Both the position numbers and the translations under genes were made by a program. Below the pieces are notes generated by a model. That model had not been told where the DNA came from. It was given only the letters and a program-made list of their open reading frames with translations, and searched no databases. A stretch of 64,000 nt of DNA from Octopus sinensis (lineage: Eukaryota), in contig NC_043003.1 in assembly GCF_006345805.1 (NCBI RefSeq), positions 46,562,001 through 46,626,000 on the forward strand, given 5' to 3'. Shown here piece after piece: positions 41,051-52,036 of the stretch (the stretch's first letter is position 1; each line of letters begins with the position of its first letter).

Positions 41051-41963
41051 GGGGGAAAAAAAAAAAATCAATAGGGATCGTTATCACAGAAATGTCAATA
41101 TGAAGTGTAAAGGGGAGGACAGGTGAGGTTTACCCGTGGAAAGAAAAGCCTGCGGAAAAGACCACGGTAACCTCGGTCAATGAAGTCACATTTTATATTT
41201 CTTTTTTTTTTTTTTTTTTTTTTTGCAAATAAGCAACTCTCTGTTTTCGATTTCTGGTTCATAGGACTATGCTCAAGGTGGCTTCGTCATTCATACGTGC
41301 CATTCTTGCTACATTCACCCATCTTTTTTTAAAACATTCGCTAGACAAAACTTGCCCTCTACTCTCACTTTCCTTTTCAAGTGGTACTTGAAGAAGTTGA
41401 TGAGAGATTGACCAGAGAGGAAGTGTTTGTCTCCAATCCTTTCAGACGCGTCCACCAGATACATTCTTTCGCCATAGCCACAAGGATGATGAAAATAGCT
41501 CTTCCTTCCCGTTTGAGGAAGGAGGCGTGACAATATTGACGATAGACTCAGCTGATAAACCGACTCGTCCCCACGTGGACAGCATTGTTCGACATAAGCC
41601 CACAGGTCGAAATTGTTGGACACTGAACGAGTGCGTGCAGAACGGTTTCGTCGCTCTGACCGCATCTCGGGCAGGTCGGCCCCGTGTTTCTCGAGCCGTG
41701 TCTGTAGAGCTTATCCCGAACGGGTAGCGCTTCTCGGTAGCACTGCCAGGCCAGGGATCTCTGGAAGTTGTCCATGGCCCTGGCCCAAAGTCGTCCCGAA
41801 CAGGCGGGTCAGGTACTCCTCGTCGACGTCCAGGTTCGCCCCGAGCTCGTCGTCGTACCTCCCCTCCACTAAACCCCTATAGAATGCTTTGGTTGTGTTG
41901 AAGTCACTTAAGGTCGACCCAGGACGGCAGAGTTGCTTGAGAGCAACGCGACACTCGCGGTGC
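40857..41963 (-). mobile_element. 5'-truncated Tx1/L1-clade LINE (ORF2 C-terminus with CCHC finger plus 3'UTR)
   Basis: [11 protein letters not shown]...AFYRGLVEG...[20 protein letters not shown]...CPRCGQSDETVLHALVQCP...INFFKYHLKRKV...; stop at 41259-61; minor frameshifts. Confidence 0.9.
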
Positions 41964-42030
<67 letters not shown>

Positions 42031-42031
42031 G

Positions 42032-42113
<82 letters not shown>

Positions 42114-42115
42114 CA
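41964..42115. repeat. (GATA)n array abutting the 5' truncation point of the Tx1 copy
   Basis: Direct inspection. Confidence 0.95.
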
Positions 42116-42405
42116 GTAATAGTATGTCTAAGTGTATATACATACATCTGTACATTCAGACATAATCATAGTGTACATGCATCCACAGCGAAGCAGTCAG
42201 AGGAGTGAGTAAATAACAAAATTATCGGCTGTACAGGACATGAGGCGGACACACAGGCACATGAAGAGAAAAACATATAACCATTAAGATAGTGAAGCAA
42301 TCGGGGAGATAAAGAGAGAGATAATGTGCAGATAACGGTGATTGATAGTTTGACAGACAGGGCAGATACACAGACAGTCTGACAGACACACAGACTGACT
42401 AACAG

Positions 42406-42497
<92 letters not shown>

Positions 42498-42734
42498 TCA
42501 TACATACATACATATATACATACATACATACATACATACATACATACATACATACATACACACATACATACACTGTATGAAGCTATTTCTCCGTGTGTTT
42601 TCCTGGATATGCGCCTGGCTGTATAAGTAGCGAAATAGATAGATAGACAGAGACAAAAAGGAACTTAGGAATTTAGACAGACAGACAGACAGGTGGACAT
42701 ACTGACAGACAGCTAGCTAGCTAGCTAGATAGAT

Positions 42735-42777
<43 letters not shown>

Positions 42778-42838
42778 TTGTATAAGGATAAGTGTGTGTG
42801 TTTGTGTGCCTGTGCTTGTGTGTGTGAGTTTGTGTGCC

Positions 42839-42881
<43 letters not shown>

Positions 42882-42957
42882 CTCGATATATGCTTGGGTT
42901 TATCCATACACGAATAGACAGACAGACAAATAGGTAGTTAGGTCCACGTTAGGAACT

Positions 42958-43013
<56 letters not shown>

Positions 43014-43111
43014 CTATGGGGCTATTTCTACATGTATGTATGCCTGGATATGTGTCTTAATGTCTACAATTACGTGTATGTGCGTGTAATGTGTGTGTGC
43101 GCGTCCTAGTA

Positions 43112-43154
<43 letters not shown>

Positions 43155-44003
43155 ATGCGGTGTTTGTGTGTATGTGCGTGCGAGCGTGTGTAAATAAGTG
43201 TGACGAGATGATTGAAGATTAACTATAAAAAGGCGATTATGAAGTATTTCAAAATGGCTGCTTACTTTAGCAAAGTGTGGGTTGGAAGGAAGGGTGAGTG
43301 GAAAATATGGCTAAACTGCATGGCTTCCGTGGACATCTGCATGTGCGATGCACACAGTGCCTGCTGAAAGAGTAGCGGTGATAACGGCTGGTGGTGGTTT
43401 TCTACTGGAACCATTACTAGCGCCTAATGAGCCGTGAAGGCCGTAAATCCAGCCAAAATGTACGACTCGCCCACACTCACACGCATATAGAACCACATAT
43501 ATGTATGTGCGTATCTATGTAAGTATGCCTGTGTGTGTAAGTGTGTGTGGCAAGGGATATGTGCATCATCCATTGAATACGCATCCAGCTACACAGGGAT
43601 ACATGGGCAAACATACAAAAATTAGTGAATAAAAGGTATAATGATGCACGGAGATAACGGCACACGCGTGGATGCGTGCGCAGATACATATGTGAGCACA
43701 CACGTACAAACATAAACACATACATGCACATATAAAGACATATATATGCATATATATATATAGAGATAGATGGAGAGAGAGAGAGAAAGAGTGGGGGAGG
43801 GACACACACATGCGCATATATATGTGCATAAATACATATAGAAATAGACATAGAGGAGGGAAAACGTAAACAGTTACATTAGACAGACAGATGCATGCAT
43901 GCATACATTCCTATATACACACATGTATACATACATACATACATGCATACATGTATACGTAAGTGTTTATAGTGTAATATTCTATAATAATCTTTCTCTT
44001 TCT

Positions 44004-44039
<36 letters not shown>

Positions 44040-44124
44040 CTATCTATGTATCTATCTATCCATCTCTGTCTTCATGTATACATACATCTACCAAAGCATG
44101 TGCTTATAGTGTAATATACTATAT

Positions 44125-44179
<55 letters not shown>

Positions 44180-44800
44180 TGTCTCTCTGTCTATCTATCC
44201 ATCTCTGTCTACTTATATACGTATATCTATCAGAATGCCTGTCTCTTTATCAATCTACCGGTCTCTCAATCTATTTTCTATCTATATATTTTCCTACAAA
44301 CTACAGTCTCTAATCTCTGTCTACTCGCCTATCTATCGATTTATGTACTTTTAGATAAAAGGTGACTTAATGTACATGGTGCAGCATAACCGCCTAATTC
44401 ACGAGGACATAACCCATTGTAGTAGCAGTTGAAAGCATGGTAAGCATGTAGCATATCGTGGAGACAATAGGAGACAAGCAAATGTGGGATAACAGCTACT
44501 CAATGTATTATGCCTGTGAATTAAGATTCGGCAATCAAACATATGTTCCTTTTCTTGGAATTGATCCGGAATGCTTTTGTGTGTATGTATGTGTGTGTGT
44601 CTGTCTCTCTGTCTGATGTATGTATGTATGTATGTATGTATGTATTATGTATGTATGTATGTATGTATGTATGTATGTATGTAGTATGTATGTATGTATG
44701 TATGTATGTATGTATGTATGTATGTATGTATGTATGTACACACACACACATACGCACGCGCATCAGCATGGCCGCAGTTCTGAGCTGAAACTAGAACAAA

Positions 44801-44850
<50 letters not shown>

Positions 44851-44863
44851 GAATGACATTCAA

Positions 44864-45100
44864 TTCCAACTTAGTCTGATTTCCACGTTTTATTACTTGC
44901 AATTTTTGCAATTTTACAAATTTACAGTTTTACAATTTTGCATTGTTGAAATGAATTAGAATCTTCATGCATTGCGCAATCATTAGGTTTATGTAGTGAC
45001 AGTCGTATTCCATAATTGACCACCGTCATATATATATTTCAATATTGTGAAATTGTAAAAATTGCAAATAATAAAAGGTGAAAGTCAGACTAAGGTGGAA
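44864..45100. repeat. Imperfect inverted repeat, ~55-bp arms
   Basis: ttccaacttagtctgatttccacgttttattacttgcaatt versus the reverse complement of the right arm, ttccaccttagtctgactttcaccttttattatttgcaatt. Confidence 0.85.
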
Positions 45101-45378
45101 CTTTCATTGATTAATATATTCATCCATACACAAACAAACTCGGATATATATATATATATATATTTGGTGAAATAGAAAGATGAATAATCTTGTTGCAGAT
45201 TAATCAAAAGTTTAACCGATACCTTGGTAGCAAAAATCACAGCAGAAGAAAGCACGGTTGGAGGTACAACCATATGGTGTTGCAACCGTGCGTTGGTGCG
45301 GATAATTGAATTTTAATATTATTAGTGAATTGAAGAAATGGAGTTGAACGAAGATTGAACAGAAATCCTTTTATTGCA

Positions 45379-45458
45379 TTCTACACGTGTTTCGAAAGCC
45401 ACAATTTACCAAATTCCGATTGAATAAGGAGACCATATTGTGTCTTTCTCTTCAGGAA
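45379..45458 (-). ncRNA. Minimal type-I hammerhead ribozyme (mirror copy)
   Basis: Exact reverse complement of 45640-45719. Confidence 0.8.
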
Positions 45459-45639
45459 GAAATAGGAATTCCGTTGGCAGAACAAAAACAGAACAGAGGC
45501 GCAGCAAAACAAATCGAACGAGGAGGCTCCTAAGAGCCCATGGCCAAACTCTGGCCATGGGCTCTTAGGAGCCTCCTCGTTCGATTTGTTTTGCTGCGCC
45601 TCTGTTCTGTTTTTGTTCTGCCAACGGAATTCCTATTTC

Positions 45640-45719
45640 TTCCTGAAGAGAAAGACACAATATGGTCTCCTTATTCAATCGGAATTTGGTAAATTGTGGC
45701 TTTCGAAACACGTGTAGAA
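45640..45719 (+). ncRNA. Minimal type-I hammerhead ribozyme, Penelope-pLTR type
   Basis: UUC-CUGAAGA-[GAAAGACACA...UGUGGCUUUC]-GAAAC-ACGU-GUA^GAA; palindromic stem III ACACGUGU; AATAAA shortly downstream. Confidence 0.8.
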
Positions 45720-45776
45720 TGCAATAAAAGGATTTCTGTTCAATCTTCGTTCAACTCCATTTCTTCAATTCACTAA

Positions 45777-45822
<46 letters not shown>

Positions 45823-45866
45823 CAATAATAAATCTCTGAACGAGATATAAACAGTAACCGCTCGAC

Positions 45867-46190
45867 AACGTAAGGTGTACTAGCCATCTGAATGTGGCTA
45901 GCCACTGGGGGTGGGGTGTTACTGATGCTTAAATATTATTTGCAAGGGGTCTCCTTCATCGAAAACCGGTGTTTACCATGCGTTGACGAGAGGCAATTAC
46001 CTTGAAACTATAGTCCGTATGTAGCACTTAGGTTTTCGAGGGAGGATGACCTCCCTTTGCAAATAACACAAGGGCACTGAAATTGTGTCTAAAGTCCATC
46101 TGGTGACGTTGATCGCCTGGGGCTAAAAGCATCAGTAACACCCCACCCCCAGTGGCTAGCCACATTCAGATGGCTAGTACACCTTACGTT
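45867..46190 (+). mobile_element. Fold-back mini-element with perfect 64-bp inverted ends and a central hammerhead motif
   Basis: 45867-45930 is the exact reverse complement of 46127-46190. Confidence 0.8.
45977..46021 (+). ncRNA. Hammerhead ribozyme motif with a C3>U core change
   Basis: CAUGCG-UUGACGA-GAGG-caauua-CCUU-GAAAC-UAUA-GUC^CGUAUG; 6-bp stem I; palindromic stem III ACUAUAGU. Confidence 0.72.
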
Positions 46191-46194
46191 ATAT

Positions 46195-46228
<34 letters not shown>

Positions 46229-46290
46229 CACAAGCAAAAATGCTAGTCCTAAAGTGGCTACGAATATTACAAATATATATATATATATTT

Positions 46291-46601
46291 GTACTGGCAC
46301 TGTGTTGGTTACGACCACAAGGGTTCCAGTCGATCTGATCAACGGAATAGCCCTGCTCGTGAAATTAACGTGCAAGTGGCTGAGCACTCCACAAACACAT
46401 GAGCCCTTAACGTAGTTCTCAGGGAGACAGAGAGCATGACAAGGCTGGCCCTTTGAAACACAAGTACTAATCATTCTTGCCGGGTGAGTGGCCAGGAGCA
46501 GCATGAAATAAAGTGTCTTGCTCAAGGACACAACGCGTCGTCTTGAAGTGAACTGTTGACTTTACGATCGTAAGTCGAATATCCTAACCACTAAGCCACG
46601 C
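46291..46601 (-). mobile_element. tRNA-headed SINE family C
   Basis: The reverse complement starts gcgtggcttagtggttaggatattcgac (A box), followed by gtgtccttgagcaagacacttta (core-like). A related head lies at 53815. Confidence 0.75.
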
Positions 46602-47091
46602 TAATAAGATGTATATAGGTTATACGCAACGTCTTACTCCCTTACGCATGTACTTCACCATCTCCCTCGCAAACTCTCTACAATTACGTTTGAATTATAT
46701 ATTCCATGCTCTAAAGTGATACCTCACGTTTAGCCTGTTCATTCTTTCTAGAATATATCTGCCCGCTCAATGATAGCCCACTTATAGCCATTCATTGTTA
46801 GACACTTACAACACAACCTAGTTGCAGTTTTAATGATAAGCTAAACAGAGCACTTATCATATTTGCCAACGACATTACGTCGTTAGACGCAATTTTATCC
46901 GTACTCTCTCTCTCTCTCACACATACACACACTCTCTCTCTCGCTCTCCCTTTCTCTCTCTTAAACTCTCTCCCTATACACACACACACACGCGAGATTA
47001 TTAAAGTGGCCAGATGCAATTTAAAACTGAAAGACATTCATGCAGTCGTCACTAAAAGTGACTAAGGACGCAAGTCAGCACCCTCATTGCT

Positions 47092-47452
47092 AGAAATAGG
47101 AGTCAAAATATCTTTTAGCCATGAACAGAGCATTTTCTGTTCAACAGAGCACTTTATATGATGATTGCATTTGTGCTTTCTTTAGTAATTTTATAACTTT
47201 CACTTTACAATTTTACTGAATCAGCCACTGATTCCTGATGTATCTTCTATAAACTGACAAGTAGATTCTTTTTACCCATCGGCAACGGAGTAGCGTCATC
47301 GATGAGGATTAATTCTATCCGAAATCGGCCGGCCGATCTGATTCCCTCGCTTACTGTGAGGAGGTTACCTCCCTTGTCATGGAATAGAAAATGCTCTGTT
47401 GAACAGAAATTGTATTGTTCGTGGCTATGAGTTATTTTGACTCTTATTTCTA
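47092..47452 (+). mobile_element. Fold-back mini-element with ~65-bp imperfect inverted ends and a central hammerhead-like motif
   Basis: tagaaataggagtcaaaata...tagccatgaaca...ttctgttcaacagagca versus the reverse complement of 47383-47452. Confidence 0.7.
47295..47342 (+). ncRNA. Hammerhead-like motif with a non-canonical core (UCGAUGA)
   Basis: GUCA-UCGAUGA-GGAU-uaauucu-AUCC-GAAAUCGGCCGGCCGAUC^UGAU; 14-nt perfect palindrome in stem III. Confidence 0.6.
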
Positions 47453-47554
47453 ATATTGCTTACACACGCGCGCGCGCAGCTCCAGAATCGGCGCAGTCAA
47501 ATGACTGAAACAAGTAAAGGAGTAAAAGAATATAAATGTATATGCATGTATGTT

Positions 47555-47609
<55 letters not shown>

Positions 47610-47612
47610 CAT

Positions 47613-47729
<117 letters not shown>

Positions 47730-47735
47730 CATGTA

Positions 47736-49189
47736 CAGTTGCGGCCAAAATGTTAAGAACGGCATTGTTTTCGCGAGAAAAGTAGGTATAAGTTTTTATC
47801 AAAGTTGTTTTATATTCTAGAATTTTCACAGACAATAAATTCGATATTAATTGTTGATTTTGGTGTAATTTAAGAGGATAATGCAAAAGTTATGGATGAT
47901 TTAGTGATTTACTGCAAAACCCATGGCGACCAAAATGATCAGAACGGTTGAAAAAATAACAAAATAATCAAAAATGACAGAGAATACTGGAATTATTTAA
48001 TATTTAGTGTGAAGCCCTTTAGCTTCAATCACACTTTGACATCTTCGACTGCATGAGGAAATTAAATTTTCAATTTCTTGCTAGGTGATCTTATTCCATT
48101 CTTCCTGAAGGGCATTCCATAATTGCTCGGTTGTTTTAGGATTTCTGGCTTTCGAACGTTCTCCTAGAATATTCCACACATTTTCAATAGGATTGAGATC
48201 TGGGCTTTGAGCAGGCCAATCCATAATAATAACCTTTTCAGCCTTGAGGAAGTTCATGACCACCTTAGCCTTGTGACATGGGGCATTGTCCTGCATGAAT
48301 ATGGGTGGTCGCTTAGTTGAATTTCTCAGCACAGGCAAGACATGATCTTTTACAAGTTGTTTATAAACTCCTGCACTTATCTTTCCATATAATCGCACCA
48401 AAGGGCCCACACCACCTCCAGATATCATCCCCCAAACTATGACACTTCATCTACCGAATTTAACACTAGTCTTAAGGCATTTAGGCGACAATTTTTCGCC
48501 TACTTTTCAACGAACGTACCTTTTCCCATCTGAGCCAAATAACATAAACTTAGATTCATCACTGAAATGCACCGTTTGCCATTTTTCTTGAGACCACAAC
48601 ACATGTTCGGTTGCAAAGGTAAGACGACACTTTTTATTTTTGGAGCTGATCAGTGGCTTCACTGCTGGTGATCTTGCTTGTAGGTTATGTTCAACTAAAC
48701 GATGAGACAAGTTTTTCGAGATAACGTTTTCTTCAGTACAATGCTCATTTCCCGAGAAAAAGCAGCAGCAGTTTTAAATCTGTCCTTTTTAACCACCTTT
48801 ACCATAGCACGATCTTCTCTCTTGGTCGTTTTTCTTGGCCTATCTGTAGATTTTCTTGCTTCACACGAACCACAATCATCGAAGACCTTAAGAATACTGT
48901 GAACAACACATTTTGACTTGTTAACAATCTTTGCAATAGACCCAATACTTAAATTATCCTTCTTTCGAAGCTTAATAATCTGCTGACGAATTCATAACGG
49001 AGTAAGAGGCATTATATTAACAAAGTACACTGCAGATATTCTTACTAATGTTTAGTAAACGAACCGTCACGTAAACAAATTTAAAACATTAGAGTTCGCC
49101 GGTTAAATATACTAAAACATGGAGTAAAATCAACCGTTCTGATCATTTTGGCCGCCATGGGTTTTGCAGTAAATCACTAAATCATCCAT
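47736..49189 (-). mobile_element. Tc1 (DD34E) transposon of IR/DR type; one TIR truncated
   Basis: TA|CAGTTGCGGCCAAAA at 47734. 47892-47951 is inverted at 49130-49189 (1 mismatch). The outer and inner direct repeats are 19/22 identical. Confidence 0.93.
47997..49012 (-). pseudogene. Tc1 transposase pseudogene
   Basis: MPLTPL*IRQQII...DRPRKTT...FSDESKF...QDNAPCH-(34 aa)-PDLNPIENVW...GLHTKY*; in-frame stops and frameshifts. Confidence 0.93.
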
Positions 49190-49835
49190 TCCTTTACTGG
49201 AACTTAATTTTGTTGGAAATGATAATATGCATAAAATGACGTCGGCGATATTTGAACTCGGATGATAAAGAACCAGCAGTAACAGTGAGTTCGCCAATAC
49301 TTTGGACTAATTTCACTTAATAAGACGACTTCATTATCACATGACTACCACGGTTGCGGAAGTCATGATACGACATGCTGGGATCTATTTTATCCCTTCT
49401 TCCGGATTAATCAAAGAAATTCGGACGGTTATCAAAATTTATTGGGAAATTATAAGCTATAATCCAGAAACAGGATTTGGGGAAATCTGATACGGACTGG
49501 AGATAGGAAAGCATGAGACGAGGAAGAGTTGAAATATTGACCAAAAATGCAGCTGTATATCTAAATAGAGGCTGATGTTTGATTGGAGATTTGCCAATAA
49601 TGCTCAATTAGAAGAAGATAGAACTTTCAGGAACCACTTCTCGACTGATAGGACAAACTGGATTTTAGAATATTTATGTACAACATGCGGATGTCTATAA
49701 TTTGGTGGAAGTATATACGGGGACGGGGTTTGCACGTGCGTAAGTGCGTGAATGTTTGTATAAATGTGTGCGAGCGTTTTGTGCATGCGTACTGCTATAT
49801 AAATATATACATATACATATATGCATGTATGTATG

Positions 49836-49871
<36 letters not shown>

Positions 49872-49977
49872 GATGTACAGTGTGTATGTGTGTGTGTGTA
49901 CATCAGACTGTAGATGAGTATATACAAGTACAAAAGTACATGTATAAAATATATACGTTCTGTAAATATATATATAT

Positions 49978-50380
49978 GGCGTGACTGTGTGGTAAGAATC
50001 TTTCTTCCACACCTCATGGTCCAAGGTTCAGTCCCACTGCGTAGCACCTTGGACAAGTGTCATGTACTATAGCCTCGGGCTAACCAAAGCCCTGTGAGTG
50101 GATTCGGTAGACGGAAACTGAAAGAAGACCGTCGTATGTATGTGTATATATATATATGTATATAATATGTGTGTCTGCGTTTGTCCCCCACCACTACCAT
50201 CGCTTGACTACTGATGTTGGTGTGTTTACGTCCCCCTAACTTAGCGATTCGGCAAAAGAGATCCAATAGAATAAGTACTAGGCTTACAAAGAATAATGGG
50301 ATCGATTTGTTGGACTAAAGATGGTGCTCCAGCATGGCCGTAGTCAAATGACAAGTAAAAGAATAAAAGAATAAAAGAAT
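49978..50380 (+). mobile_element. SINE family A, full length, diverged
   Basis: Head, internal microsatellite and (ATAAAAGA)n tail. Confidence 0.9.
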
Positions 50381-50457
50381 ATATATATATATATATATGC
50401 ATACATATACACATACATATATATATGTATATATGTGTGTGTGTATACATATATATG

Positions 50458-50492
<35 letters not shown>

Positions 50493-51310
50493 ATACATAT
50501 ACATATATATATATATATATTATATATATATATATACATATATGTATTGCTATACATGTACATATACATAAACGTATGCATCTATGTATGCGTGAGTTTG
50601 TGTATAGATAGATAAGTACATACATACTCATATGAATGAACATATATTGTATAATATGGATACATGTGCGGATGTGGGTACATGCTCTGTGTTTCTGTGT
50701 CTGCCTATATGAGTACATGCCTATATGCGTACGTGTATGTATTGATATCGTCTATATCTATATGATGTTTGTGAGCATTTTTCTTTCTTGTATATATAAT
50801 CTGACAAATTGTTCTGTGTTAATATATCTACACTCACATACACACACACACACACACACACATACACACACGTATTCATATACATATACATGCAATGAAT
50901 TATATGCCAATTGTTTATAAAATGAATTCTAAGACGTTAACGTTTTAGTGGTTAGCTGTCAATCTGGCGTGATGGAAATATCTCAACATACAGTTGTTGG
51001 TAAAAACCGCAGTATATATTGCGCCAGTATTCTTAGAAACCTGATAGTTTCCCGAATTTGAAATACACCAGTTGGTTTACCAAAGATAATGAATTTATGA
51101 ATTTTTTAATCGCCTTTGGTCAGTAAACTTCTGCAATACCAGTGATATTATGAGTGTCTTTAACATATGAACTTCCTCCATAATAAAGATTGTATGAGAT
51201 TAAATCTATTAAGATGGGCTCATAAAATTAATAGGAAAGCTCAACTATTTGTTATATAAAAGTGCGTAAACTTTAAGTGTGTTTGTGTGGGAGTATGTGT
51301 GTGTGAGAGA

Positions 51311-51743
51311 CTACTAACAAATGCGAAGCTTTACAAAACAACCACGAAACCAACGGTTGAAAAATGTGGACGCCCAAACTGTGGAACCTGCTTGAAGGCT
51401 CGGATTTCCTGTTCAAACAAGGACAGAAGTTCACAATTAAAACTAGTTTCATTTGTGCCTCTGAGAACCTAATTTATGTAGTAACCTGCTCGGGTTGCGG
51501 ACACCACTATATTGAACAAACGAGTATGACCTTCAGAAACCACTCTACTTAAAGAGCAAATCCGTTTCCCGCAATACAAATTCCTCTCAGTGAACATATA
51601 GAAAAATCTGCAGATAACATCAAACAAATTTCACAGTCTTTCCCTTCTACCAATGCAAAGACACAATATCTCCGCAAGAACGTTTAAATAAATAAACTTT
51701 TTTCATTGAAAGATACAAAACACGTCTTAATATGCACGCATAA
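51311..51743 (+). pseudogene. Penelope-like element GIY-YIG endonuclease relic
   Basis: LLTNAKL...CGRPNCGTC...NLIYVVTCSGCGHHYIEQT...SEH...FYQC...FFIERYKTRLN across frameshifts, i.e. the IY..C..C..YxGQT GIY-YIG signature with the CCHH finger and terminal LN. Confidence 0.85.
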
Positions 51744-51997
51744 ACAACTTTTATCTTTTTACATATTTCAATTCACGATTACATCACTATACATAAATCC
51801 CCTCACTAAACAATGTTTTTGAAATTTGTCTCTGTCTGTACACATATATATTCCCCTCCCATTACCGAAAACTGAACAGTTATCTCCCTTATCCACAACA
51901 ATAACAATAATAACGACAACCAATTACCTCCCTTTATTTATCTACTTGTGATGTCATTCACTCGTGAATTTCATCACGCACAACATGGACAAAATTT

Positions 51998-52036
<39 letters not shown>

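Larger units (their letters stand above)
45314..45784. repeat. Perfect 233-bp inverted repeat with a 5-nt spacer (AACTC, 45547-45551)
   Basis: Arm-by-arm comparison by eye found no mismatch. Confidence 0.95.

Noticed and set aside
43311-43496. 61-aa minus-strand ORF in a unique-looking island, with a nearby plus-strand GTGAGT donor-like site
   Set aside because: No recognisable domain and no consistent acceptor/donor pair.
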